Shown here: one piece after another, positions 21,032 through 29,718 of the stretch
How the letters are laid out: the number at the start of each line of letters is the position of its first letter
Numbering within the stretch: the first letter of the stretch is position 1
Assembly: GCA_035559535.1 (NCBI GenBank)
Contig: DATMBG010000003.1
Coordinates: 1-64,000 of the forward strand
Reading direction: 5' to 3'
From: Candidatus Limnocylindrales bacterium
GTDB lineage: Bacteria > Moduliflexota > Moduliflexia > Moduliflexales > JAUQPW01
DNA length: 64,000 nt
Made by a program: the position numbers and the translations under genes
Notes under the pieces: model-generated
Database searches by the model: none
The model's input: the letters and a program-made list of their open reading frames with translations, nothing else
What the model was told of the DNA's origin: nothing

Positions 21032-22399
21032 ATGCGAGTTACCGAGAATCAACAATGGTACCTTTCAAACTTCCAGGCATTTGAGAAGAATCTCAACGGA
21101 GATCAGGCGTCACCGATTCATAAGATTCGTAAGACGGCTATTTCTCGATTTGTTGAACTTGGTTTTCCCACTGTTCACGATGAAGAGTGGAAATACACGG
21201 ATGTTTCTCCTATTGTCGAGCGTACCTTCAAACCGACCTTTGCAGAGGCAGAAGCGACTCGCGGGTTACCTCCCTTGACTACCCAGGACATTCAACCTTT
21301 CACGCTGGAAGAGGCCGGATACCATCGAATTGTTTTTGTAAATGGTTACTATTCCCAGGAGCTTTCGCACCTGCATCCCCTTGCAAAGGGGGTTCAAATA
21401 GGAAGCCTGGCTACAGCCATCGAAAAGGATCCCACGACTCTGGCCAGGTATTTATCGGTAGGAGTAGGATTTCCGTACTCTTATGAAGATAATGGATTTA
21501 CAGCACTCAATACGGCTTTTATTCGAGACGGAGCTTTTGTATATATTCCGGATGGTGTGATTGTTGAAATCCCCATCCATCTGTTATTCATCGGGATCGG
21601 CGATTCAGAGGCCACCTCAGGAGATAAAACGGCCCCCCTTTTTCAACCTCGAAATCTCATCATCACAGGTAAAAACAGTCAGGTGGCTTTGATCGAAAGT
21701 TATGTAAGTCCTACCTCTGGTTCTTATTTTACCAATACCATTACAGAAGTTGTGATGGGGGAAAACGCGGTGGTAGATTATTATAAGCTTCAAGATGAGA
21801 GTCTGGAGGCTTTCCACATTGGGACTATACAGGTGCGTCAGGGAAGGAGTAGTAATTTTTCATCCCATGCGTTATCCTTTGGGGGGAGACTTGTTCGAAA
21901 CAATATAACTGTTGTGTTCGAAGCAGAAGGTGGTGAATGTACTTTGAATGGCCTTTATGTGGTAACCGGTCGGCAGCATGTGGATAACCATACCATGATC
22001 GATCACGCAAGACCTCACTGTACCAGCAATGAATTATACAAAGGCATACTGGATGGAAAGTCGAGGGGGGTATTTAACGGAAAGATCCTGGTTCGACCCG
22101 ATGCGCAAAAAACTAACGCCCATCAAACAAACAAAAATCTTTTGCTCTCCGATGAAGCTTTAATCGACACAAAACCTCAGTTGGAAATTTTTGCCAATGA
22201 TGTAAAGTGTAGTCATGGAGCTACCATAGGCCAATTGGAAGAAGATCCCATCTTTTATCTCCGTTCCCGGGGAGTGGATCGAGAGATGGCTCGCACAATT
22301 CTGACCTACGCTTTTGCCAGTGATATCATCAGCCGTATTAAGCTCGAAGCAATCCGAACCGATATCGACAGGAGGTTATTATCCCGGTTTGGAAAATAA
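21032..22399 (+). CDS. sufD: Fe-S cluster assembly protein SufD
   Basis: EEWKYT, VFNGKI, KPQLEIFANDVKCSHGATIG, FYLRSRG. Confidence 0.96.
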   Translation: MRVTENQQWYLSNFQAFEKNLNGDQASPIHKIRKTAISRFVELGFPTVHDEEWKYTDVSPIVERTFKPTFAEAEATRGLPPLTTQDIQPFTLEEAGYHRIVFVNGYYSQELSHLHPLAKGVQIGSLATAIEKDPTTLARYLSVGVGFPYSYEDNGFTALNTAFIRDGAFVYIPDGVIVEIPIHLLFIGIGDSEATSGDKTAPLFQPRNLIITGKNSQVALIESYVSPTSGSYFTNTITEVVMGENAVVDYYKLQDESLEAFHIGTIQVRQGRSSNFSSHALSFGGRLVRNNITVVFEAEGGECTLNGLYVVTGRQHVDNHTMIDHARPHCTSNELYKGILDGKSRGVFNGKILVRPDAQKTNAHQTNKNLLLSDEALIDTKPQLEIFANDVKCSHGATIGQLEEDPIFYLRSRGVDREMARTILTYAFASDIISRIKLEAIRTDIDRRLLSRFGK

Positions 22400-22404
22400 A
22401 AGAA

Positions 22405-22475
22405 TCGTCCGTTGTCCGTTGTCCGTTGTCTCCCTAAGAGTCGCAACGGACAACGGACAACGGACAACGGACAAA
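22405..22475. repeat. Inverted heptamer tandem repeat (TTGTCCG)n...(CAACGGA)n forming a hairpin
   Basis: gtccgttgtccgttgtccgttgtc ... gcaacggacaacggacaacggacaacggac between sufD and sufS. Confidence 0.9.
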
Positions 22476-22477
22476 AG

Positions 22478-23776
22478 ATGAAAGCCAGTTACAACCTAAC
22501 CACACCAAACATTACCGAACAGCTAACTCCGCGACCTTCGACTCAGTTCCGAACAGGGTTTGATGTGGAAAAAATCAGGGAAGACTTCCCTATTTTAAAA
22601 CAGCGAGTCCATGGTAAACCCCTTGTCTATCTCGACAATGCAGCCACCACTCAGAAACCCCGGGTAGTTATAGAGGCCATACAGAAATATTACACGGAAG
22701 AAAATGCTAATGTTCATCGAGGTGTTCATTTCCTGAGTGAAAAGGCTACCCAGGCCTATGAAGGGGCCCGGTCCAGGATAAGACGGTTTATAAATGCTTC
22801 CAAGGATAGAGAGATTATTTTCGTTCGCGGTGCCACCGAAGGAATCAATCTGGTTGTAAACAGCTACGGGAGAAAGTACCTACAGCCGGGAGATGAAATC
22901 ATCATTTCGGCCATGGAACACCACTCCAATATTGTTCCCTGGCAGATACTCTGTGAAGAAAAAGGGACTAAACTACGGATTATTCCCATGAATGATGCAG
23001 GGGAATTGTTGATCGACGAGTACGAGAAGCTTCTAAACGAAAGAACAAAATTTGTTTCGGTCGTTCAGATATCCAACTCCTTAGGTACCATTAATCCCGT
23101 TCGCCAAATTATCCAGATGGCCCATAACTACGGGATTCCGGTTTTAATCGATGGAGCGCAGGCCGTACAACACATTCCGGTAGATGTAAAAGATCTGGAT
23201 TGTGACTTCTATGTCTTTTCAGGGCATAAAATCTTCGGCCCTACGGGTATTGGTGTCCTGTACGGCAAAGAAAGATTGCTGGAAGCCATGCCCCCCTACC
23301 AGGGTGGTGGTGACATGATCCTTTCGGTTACCTTTGAGAAAACGACTTATAACACGTTACCGGCTAAATTTGAAGCAGGTACGCCCCATATCGAGGGGGG
23401 TATCGGACTTGGAGTCGCCATTGATTACGTGAGTAAAATTGGATTGGATACCATCGCCGCTTATGAGCACGAATTGCTTCAATATGCCACAGAAGCCCTA
23501 TCTGAAATCGAAGGTTTACGTATTATCGGAACGGCTAAGGAGAAAGCAAGTGTTTTGTCCTTTGTCCTGGAAGGCGTACACCCCCATGATATGGGTACAA
23601 TCTTAGATACCGAAGGGATTGCCATCCGCACCGGCCATCACTGTACCCAGCCGGTGATGCAACGCTTTGGGATACCGGCCACTGCCCGAGCATCACTGGC
23701 TTTTTACAATACAAAAGAGGATATCGACGCCCTGGTTAGGGGAATTTATAAGGTTAAGGAAATATTCGGATCCTAG
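22478..23776 (+). CDS. sufS: Cysteine desulfurase SufS (start moved to the ATG after the heptamer repeat)
   Basis: YLDNAATTQKP, MEHHSNIVPW, SGHK (PLP Lys), RTGHHC. Confidence 0.97.
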   Translation: MKASYNLTTPNITEQLTPRPSTQFRTGFDVEKIREDFPILKQRVHGKPLVYLDNAATTQKPRVVIEAIQKYYTEENANVHRGVHFLSEKATQAYEGARSRIRRFINASKDREIIFVRGATEGINLVVNSYGRKYLQPGDEIIISAMEHHSNIVPWQILCEEKGTKLRIIPMNDAGELLIDEYEKLLNERTKFVSVVQISNSLGTINPVRQIIQMAHNYGIPVLIDGAQAVQHIPVDVKDLDCDFYVFSGHKIFGPTGIGVLYGKERLLEAMPPYQGGGDMILSVTFEKTTYNTLPAKFEAGTPHIEGGIGLGVAIDYVSKIGLDTIAAYEHELLQYATEALSEIEGLRIIGTAKEKASVLSFVLEGVHPHDMGTILDTEGIAIRTGHHCTQPVMQRFGIPATARASLAFYNTKEDIDALVRGIYKVKEIFGS

Positions 23777-23840
23777 AACTCAGGGGTCCAGAGTCAGAAG
23801 ATCAATCCTTTTGACTCCGGACTCCTGAATTCTTTTTTTA

Positions 23841-24293
23841 ATGGACGAACTGCGCGAACTGTACCAGCAGGTGATATTGGATCATAATAAAAATCCGCGC
23901 AATTTTCGTAAAATAGAAGGAGCAAATCGGAAAGTCGAAGGGTATAATCCGCTTTGTGGAGATCACTACTTCATCTACATGCAGCTTGAGGAAGATGTGA
24001 TTAAAGACCTGAGTTTTGAAGGAGAAGGTTGCGCTATCTCCAAGGCCTCAGCTTCCTTGATGAGCTCGGTGTTAAAGGGAAAAACCAAAGCTGAAGCTGA
24101 GAGGCTTTTCCAGAGATTTCATGAAGTGGTTACAGGCCAATTAGACCCAACCGATCACCTGGAAGAGTTGGGGAAACTTGCAGTCTTTGCAGGGGTTTCC
24201 GAGTTCCCGGTTCGGGTTAAATGTGCAACCCTTGCCTGGCATACCATGCACGCAGCCTTAAATGGGAGGTGTGAAACGGTATCAACAGAATAA
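23841..24293 (+). CDS. sufU: SUF-system NifU-family sulfur-transfer protein SufU
   Basis: LYQQVILDH, NPLCGD, GCAISKAS, RVKCATL. Confidence 0.95.
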   Translation: MDELRELYQQVILDHNKNPRNFRKIEGANRKVEGYNPLCGDHYFIYMQLEEDVIKDLSFEGEGCAISKASASLMSSVLKGKTKAEAERLFQRFHEVVTGQLDPTDHLEELGKLAVFAGVSEFPVRVKCATLAWHTMHAALNGRCETVSTE

Positions 24294-24353
24294 TAAGTAC
24301 TGAGTACTGAGTTTTTAGCTTGCTTTAGTACTCCGTACCCAGTACCGAGTATT

Positions 24354-24668
24354 ATGATGAGTACACCCGTAACTGAAGAACAGGTCGTTGAGGTACTAAA
24401 AACCTGTTATGATCCAGAAATTCCGGTGAATATCTACGAATTGGGACTTATTTACGAGGTAAAGATCAATCCCTCCAACGAAGTGTTCATTAAAATGACC
24501 CTTACGACACCTCATTGTCCGGCAGCAGCTTCTCTACCCTTTGAAGTTGAAAGCAAGGTGAAATCTATTCCTGGAGTGACCGATGCAAAGGTCGACGTCG
24601 TATGGGAACCCATGTGGAACCCAAGTATGATGTCAGAAGCTGCGAAGTTGGAACTGGGAATCTTATGA
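24354..24668 (+). CDS. sufT: DUF59/MIP18 Fe-S assembly protein (SufT-like)
   Basis: DPEIPVNIYELGLIY, TLTTPHCP, MSEAAKLELG. Confidence 0.9.
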   Translation: MMSTPVTEEQVVEVLKTCYDPEIPVNIYELGLIYEVKINPSNEVFIKMTLTTPHCPAAASLPFEVESKVKSIPGVTDAKVDVVWEPMWNPSMMSEAAKLELGIL

Positions 24669-24847
24669 CCTCCGCCAGGGGTCCCCGTTAAAAAATCGGA
24701 CAACAGTATTTGGATGAACAATTTATAAATAGAAAAGGGAGGTTTGTACACAAGTCCCCTTTCCTGGCCTTCCTTTGCCACAACCCGGGAAAGGTCAGAG
24801 AAGGGAGTCTACTTCCTGAATATCTAAAAAACCTATCCTGGTTTATC

Positions 24848-26218
24848 ATGCCACGTACCTTCGAATATTATTCCGGTCCTTCCCGCTCTCCAGATACTGC
24901 TTCTCTGTTGGAGGAATTTAAAGTCCGCTTTTTAGATAAAGCTGCCGATGGATATTCTCCTGAAGAAACTCTGGATCGAATGTTGGAAGAAGACAGGCAG
25001 CAAGACAAAGGAATCTATGCTGGAAATCGTCGGATCCGACTTAAGGATGTTTTCTCCAGGAGAATTCAAGAGAAGTTATACTCTTCAAAGGGCCTTTCAG
25101 AGGAAGGTGGAGCCGGTGGGGAAGGGTTAGAGGGAGGATCAAAACCTTCGACCCTGGCCGATGAATTGGGAAAGCCCGGGGGCGGAAGCTTTATTTCGAA
25201 AAAAGGGACCCGACCCAAAGCCCCCTATCCACCTGAGGAGGTGGAATCCGATTTTTATAAACCTGTTCCGGATAAAGGAGAGGAGGTATGGGCTGATCAT
25301 GCCATTAAATCAAGGGCTTTACAAGAACTGAAAAAGATGCAGTACCTAGATGAAAAAGGCCGGCTGACCTCTAAAGCTTTGCAGGAGATGGGACAACGCT
25401 TACTCAGAACCGTTTTTCAAGATTTAAAAAAAGCCGGATTCGGTTTACATGAGACCCCTGAAAAAGGTATGGGACTCATCAAAGCCCATGAAACAAAACC
25501 CTATGAATATGGAGATCTTTTTCGGGTTAATATCGTTCAATCTCTCCTTAACGGAGTCCGGCGTAATGCGCAGGTACCTGTCCGACTGAATGTAGAAGAT
25601 TTTAGAATTGACCTCTTGCAACATCAATCCAACACGGCAACCGTCCTTATTGTAGATCGTAGTGAAAGTATGTCCCACGATAACCGTATCGTTGCGGTCA
25701 GGAAAACCAGCCTGGCATTGTTTCAACTCATTACCAGCTTATATCCGGGAGATCAGATTTGGGTAGTTGGAATGGATAGCACGGCAGAGTTGATCCACCC
25801 CTCCCAGCTTTACTCTCTGATTCAGGAACGTCTCTGGACCAACATGGAAGCAGCTTTACGCCTCTCCAGGAAGCTTCTCCAGAAATATCCTTACCATCTT
25901 AAACAAATTATCATGGTTACCGATGGACATCCCACCATATGCAGCCTGGAGGGAAAATTATATAAAAATCCTTTCCGTCCGATCGATGATATTATTGCAA
26001 GAAAAACGCTTCGGGAAGTCGAGTTATGTACCATGAAGGGGATCCGGCTACACATTATCATGCTGGCCCAGGACAAAGACCTGGCCGATTTTGCCAATCG
26101 TATGGCAAAGATCAATCGAGGAAACGTTTACTATGTGGAACCGGATCAGTTGAGTAAATTCTTGCTGGTAAGTTACGCTACCGAAAGTCTCTCCCGAGAG
26201 AGAAAACTAAAAAATTGA
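24848..26218 (+). CDS. vWA domain-containing protein (start probably MPRTFEY; ORF open from 24710)
   Basis: MIDAS DRSES, TN and TDG motifs; TKPYEYGD and LT.KA motifs seen in chelatase/MoxR-associated vWA proteins. Confidence 0.8.
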   Translation: MPRTFEYYSGPSRSPDTASLLEEFKVRFLDKAADGYSPEETLDRMLEEDRQQDKGIYAGNRRIRLKDVFSRRIQEKLYSSKGLSEEGGAGGEGLEGGSKPSTLADELGKPGGGSFISKKGTRPKAPYPPEEVESDFYKPVPDKGEEVWADHAIKSRALQELKKMQYLDEKGRLTSKALQEMGQRLLRTVFQDLKKAGFGLHETPEKGMGLIKAHETKPYEYGDLFRVNIVQSLLNGVRRNAQVPVRLNVEDFRIDLLQHQSNTATVLIVDRSESMSHDNRIVAVRKTSLALFQLITSLYPGDQIWVVGMDSTAELIHPSQLYSLIQERLWTNMEAALRLSRKLLQKYPYHLKQIIMVTDGHPTICSLEGKLYKNPFRPIDDIIARKTLREVELCTMKGIRLHIIMLAQDKDLADFANRMAKINRGNVYYVEPDQLSKFLLVSYATESLSRERKLKN

Positions 26219-26242
26219 AGGGGAACGCCCTTTAACTTTTTC

Positions 26243-26271
26243 TTGACATCCTTTTTAATAAAAGATATAAA
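26243..26271 (+). promoter_or_regulatory. sigma70 promoter for the STAS gene
   Basis: TTGACA-17 nt-TATAAA, then an AAGGAGAGG RBS. Confidence 0.65.
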
Positions 26272-26324
26272 AGCCTGAAGGTTCTAGATGGATTATGGGC
26301 AGTTAAGTTAAAGGAGAGGTTTAT

Positions 26325-26672
26325 ATGGATGAAAAAGTTAAAGTAGATGTAAGGAAATTGGAGGATGTGGCCATTATCGATATGAGGGGAGATGTAACTT
26401 CCCTTGCGGACGTACCTTTACAGGGTGCCATGGAAAGCGTCTTCGGTGAGGGGATTAAAAAAGTTATTTTTAATTTTACCGATGTAAGTTATATCAACAG
26501 CAGTGGGATTGCCATATTAATTGGGATCGTAACGGGTTACAATGCTAAAGGGATTAATTTTAAGGTTTATGGGCTGACTCCGCATTTTAAAAAGATTTTT
26601 GGAATGATCGGGCTAACCCAGTATGCTCCTGTTTTGAAGTCGGAGGAAGAAGCCTTAAAAAATTTTGCCTAG
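26325..26672 (+). CDS. STAS-domain anti-sigma factor antagonist (RsbV/SpoIIAA-like)
   Basis: VSYINSSGI motif; 115 aa. Confidence 0.9.
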   Translation: MDEKVKVDVRKLEDVAIIDMRGDVTSLADVPLQGAMESVFGEGIKKVIFNFTDVSYINSSGIAILIGIVTGYNAKGINFKVYGLTPHFKKIFGMIGLTQYAPVLKSEEEALKNFA

Positions 26673-26764
26673 CCTCCTTTAGAGTAAAAAGATATTTTCT
26701 CCCCTTTCTACCCCCTGTGGGTCCTGTATCTGAAGCAGAGCCACTTTGAGAGTTTAGAATATCT

Positions 26765-28669
26765 CTAAGTATTCCACCTTAGCCTTTGAATCTCAGGGAG
26801 TATCTGTTCAATTGCCTTTCGTCCTGCCTCGATAAGTCTGTCTGCTTTATAAAACTCTGCCCAGGCGATATTTCCCACCTCTGGAGTGATTAAAATACTG
26901 GCCGGCATGGCTTTGATATTTGTAATTTCATACTGAAGGCTTTGGAGTGAGCGCATAATGACATCCAAAACTTTGGGCATAAGGGAGAATCCAGAAAAGG
27001 AGGGCTTTTCGCTTGTATCCAGGGGAGGGGTTACACTTACCGCCAGGGTAATATCGGCACCCCGATCTAACAAGGGTTTAACGGGAACCGGATCTACCAC
27101 TGATCCATCAATTAAGTAACGGTCCCGATATTTAACCGGTACAAAAACTCCTGGAATAGAGAAGCTGGCTCGAACGGCATTTCTTACGTTTCCCTTTTCA
27201 AACACAACTTCTTCCCCAGTGTTGAGATCCATGGCTACCACCGATAAAGGTATTTTAAGCTCACTGAAATCAGGATCTCCAACCACATCTAGAAATAATT
27301 TATCGACCCGATCCCCTCCGAATAGACCGGCTTTAAAGAACTGAACATCGGCCAATCGAAGTAGTCCCAATTTAGAACCCCATTTAAGGACGGAAGTTTT
27401 AATTATATCGAGAGGGACTCCCGCAGCATAAGCGGAACCTATCAGTGCCCCGGCACTGGTTCCTGATATCATATCGATGGGGATTCCGTACTCTTCCAAA
27501 GCATAGAGAACTCCGATATGGGCCATACCTCTGGCAGAACCACCCCCCAGGGCCAATCCGATTTTTTTTCCTTCGATATCCCGGGCAAGAGCCTCCAGGC
27601 TTTTGCTAAGCTCAGAATGGGGGTAATCCAGAATAAAAGGTTTCCCTGTTTTGAAGAAAGCAGTTGAAACTTCATAATCTCTGGGTAATACATGAAATCC
27701 TCTTCGAGTCTTGGCGATACCTCCGATTCCCGTATCCGATAAGTTCAAAACCGTTCTAACCTCCTGATGATCTAAAATGATCAACGGATATTCTTCGGAA
27801 CTGTTGGAGGTAACAAAAAGGACCATATTAGATAAATCCAGGGCCTCAAAGGTACTCCGACTCAATTTCGAGCTTGTATCGATCAAGACGTAATCATAAC
27901 GATCTTTTAAGATTCCCAGAATAAGAGCAATTGACTCTCGTCCTTTCGATTCCTCCATTAAAAGCTCCGGGGCTATGGAAACCACCTCGAGCCCTCCTTC
28001 ATGGTTCACGGTGCACTCTTCCAGATAGCCAGGAATGATTTGGGAAGAATTAATCCGCTTTGTAGGCGGGATTTTCAAAACCCGGGTCAGGCTTTCTTCT
28101 TTGATTCCCATGTCCACGACCACCACCTTTTTACGGGTTTCTTTTACAAGGCTGGCGGCAAGATTGGCCACAAGCAAGGTTTTACCGATACGTTCTTCGG
28201 TGCTATACACGGTAATGATAGGGTATTTGCTTCGCTGCCGGCTTTGGATCGTTTCTCTTTTTTGGCGTAGCTTGAAACTCAAGAGCTCTACCAAATTTTT
28301 AAGGATAGGAATATGGGTTTCGATGGCTTTTTCAAACTCGTCTCGGGTTATTTCAAGGACTTCGGCATCGATCACTACCTCCACAGAGGTTAATCGGGGC
28401 TCGCTGGCCAGAAGGGGCATATCACCGAAAAAATCTCCCGGGCTCAGGTAGGCAAACTCCAGCTCATCTCCGCTTTCCGTCTTTTTCAAGACCCTTACCT
28501 GCCCGGATACCAAGATATAGAATTCATTGCTGATCTCTCCCTCTCGACAAATCCGAATCCCTCGGGGGTAATACTTGCGGCGAAAGAGCGCTGCCAGTTT
28601 TTCCAGCTCTTCTAAAGGAACCGATTTGAAGATCCGGTTTTTTTGTAACAGAGGTATGAGACTTTCCAT
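26765..28669 (-). CDS. cNMP-binding + ParA/MinD/CpaE-like + patatin phospholipase fusion
   Basis: GDFFGDM..L...PR (cNMP); IGKT, VVVD and YDYVLIDT (P-loop fold); GGGSARG, GTSAG and DGS (patatin). Confidence 0.88.
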   Translation of the reverse strand: MESLIPLLQKNRIFKSVPLEELEKLAALFRRKYYPRGIRICREGEISNEFYILVSGQVRVLKKTESGDELEFAYLSPGDFFGDMPLLASEPRLTSVEVVIDAEVLEITRDEFEKAIETHIPILKNLVELLSFKLRQKRETIQSRQRSKYPIITVYSTEERIGKTLLVANLAASLVKETRKKVVVVDMGIKEESLTRVLKIPPTKRINSSQIIPGYLEECTVNHEGGLEVVSIAPELLMEESKGRESIALILGILKDRYDYVLIDTSSKLSRSTFEALDLSNMVLFVTSNSSEEYPLIILDHQEVRTVLNLSDTGIGGIAKTRRGFHVLPRDYEVSTAFFKTGKPFILDYPHSELSKSLEALARDIEGKKIGLALGGGSARGMAHIGVLYALEEYGIPIDMISGTSAGALIGSAYAAGVPLDIIKTSVLKWGSKLGLLRLADVQFFKAGLFGGDRVDKLFLDVVGDPDFSELKIPLSVVAMDLNTGEEVVFEKGNVRNAVRASFSIPGVFVPVKYRDRYLIDGSVVDPVPVKPLLDRGADITLAVSVTPPLDTSEKPSFSGFSLMPKVLDVIMRSLQSLQYEITNIKAMPASILITPEVGNIAWAEFYKADRLIEAGRKAIEQILPEIQRLRWNT

Positions 28670-28690
28670 GTTGATCCCCCCTCCTAAGGC

Positions 28691-28715
28691 CCTCCAGGAT
28701 TAAAAATCCTGGAGG
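28691..28715. other. Perfect 11-bp hairpin between the hypothetical gene and the patatin-fusion RBS
   Basis: CCTCCAGGATT-AAA-AATCCTGGAGG. Confidence 0.6.
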
Positions 28716-28730
28716 CTTATAGGGAACTTG

Positions 28731-29258
28731 TCATTTAAGACCCAACAAATCCGAAATCTGGCCCCAGGCTTGATCTCTATCTTTTGTATAAGCTTCTACA
28801 TGGGTTTTATTCCCCGTATTGATGAAGGCTTTTACATCGTATGCGGAAGCTATGAGGAGGTCATAGGTGGAAATGATTCTTCTAAGATACCGGGTATCTT
28901 CATCACTGAGGGGATGGGAAGTAAGAAGCTTATTCAATCCATCCTTGGTGGATTGAGAGATTTGTATGTAAGCATCCATGATTTGAATTGCTTTCTCTTT
29001 ATCGTAAGCCTTTGCGGCATACCCATCGACGAGGGTACCGATTGCCATATGGGTAAGGAATAGTCCCTGGGCGGTCGTTGCGCCCAACGTTTCCAGCAGA
29101 ATTTCTTCTTGAGCCAGGGTAAGGGATGGATTTATAAGGACCAATCCAATAAGGGAAATCAGACCAAGACTTTTAGTAACACCCATGCGTTTATTTCTTT
29201 TCATGTTCATCTTTCCTTTTTCCTTTGGACTGATTTTGTTTCTCATCCTGAGAAGCAT
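28731..29258 (-). CDS. Hypothetical exported helical protein (start probably one of the downstream Mets)
   Basis: Basic residues, hydrophobic core and TLA-QEE signal-peptide-like cleavage site. Confidence 0.7.
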   Translation of the reverse strand: MLLRMRNKISPKEKGKMNMKRNKRMGVTKSLGLISLIGLVLINPSLTLAQEEILLETLGATTAQGLFLTHMAIGTLVDGYAAKAYDKEKAIQIMDAYIQISQSTKDGLNKLLTSHPLSDEDTRYLRRIISTYDLLIASAYDVKAFINTGNKTHVEAYTKDRDQAWGQISDLLGLK

Positions 29259-29510
29259 TCTCTATCCAAAAAATAGGGTAGATTAACCGGGGATCTAAAA
29301 AGCAGCAACTAAAGGTGGGGATATTATATTTAAAGAAAGGAAAAATGGTCAAGCAAAAACTATTTCTGAAGTGACCCTTTGAGACCACCCTTTGATCCAG
29401 AATCCTCAGAAGTAGAAGCAAGCCCTGGCCGGGTAAATTAATCCCTTTCTGGCCGACTTATGAACTTTTACTCCGCTTCTACTTTTCTTTACGCTTCCCC
29501 TGCTTTTTTA

Positions 29511-29539
29511 TTGACAAGTTTAAAGAAGCTATCTAGTTT
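29511..29539 (+). promoter_or_regulatory. sigma70 promoter of the liv operon
   Basis: TTGACA-17 nt-TAGTTT, ~180 nt upstream of the start codon. Confidence 0.55.
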
Positions 29540-29718
29540 AATTTAAACACATTAACCTGCACTGCAATAAACATGCAGGAAAAGAGGGTTTCGTAGGTCC
29601 ATTTTCTCCCGCGGAGGTTCCCACCCCCGCCGAAAATGATTTTTGAGATCTACTATTTTTCCTCAATAAACCGTTATCAATTTTCAATTTTAAACACGTT
29701 AACCGAAAGGAGATAAGT

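Noticed and set aside
22405..22475. CRISPR array at the heptamer repeats (also 39292-39402)
   Set aside because: 7-nt tandem units with no unique spacers and no cas genes.
22412..22477. N-terminal extensions on SufS, GT2, TupB, TupC and Prs in the ORF track
   Set aside because: They run through intergenic repeats (e.g. GQRTTDN); downstream starts match the family N-termini.
26325..28669. CBASS/Pycsar defence system
   Set aside because: No nucleotidyltransferase or cyclase nearby; neighbours are housekeeping-type genes.
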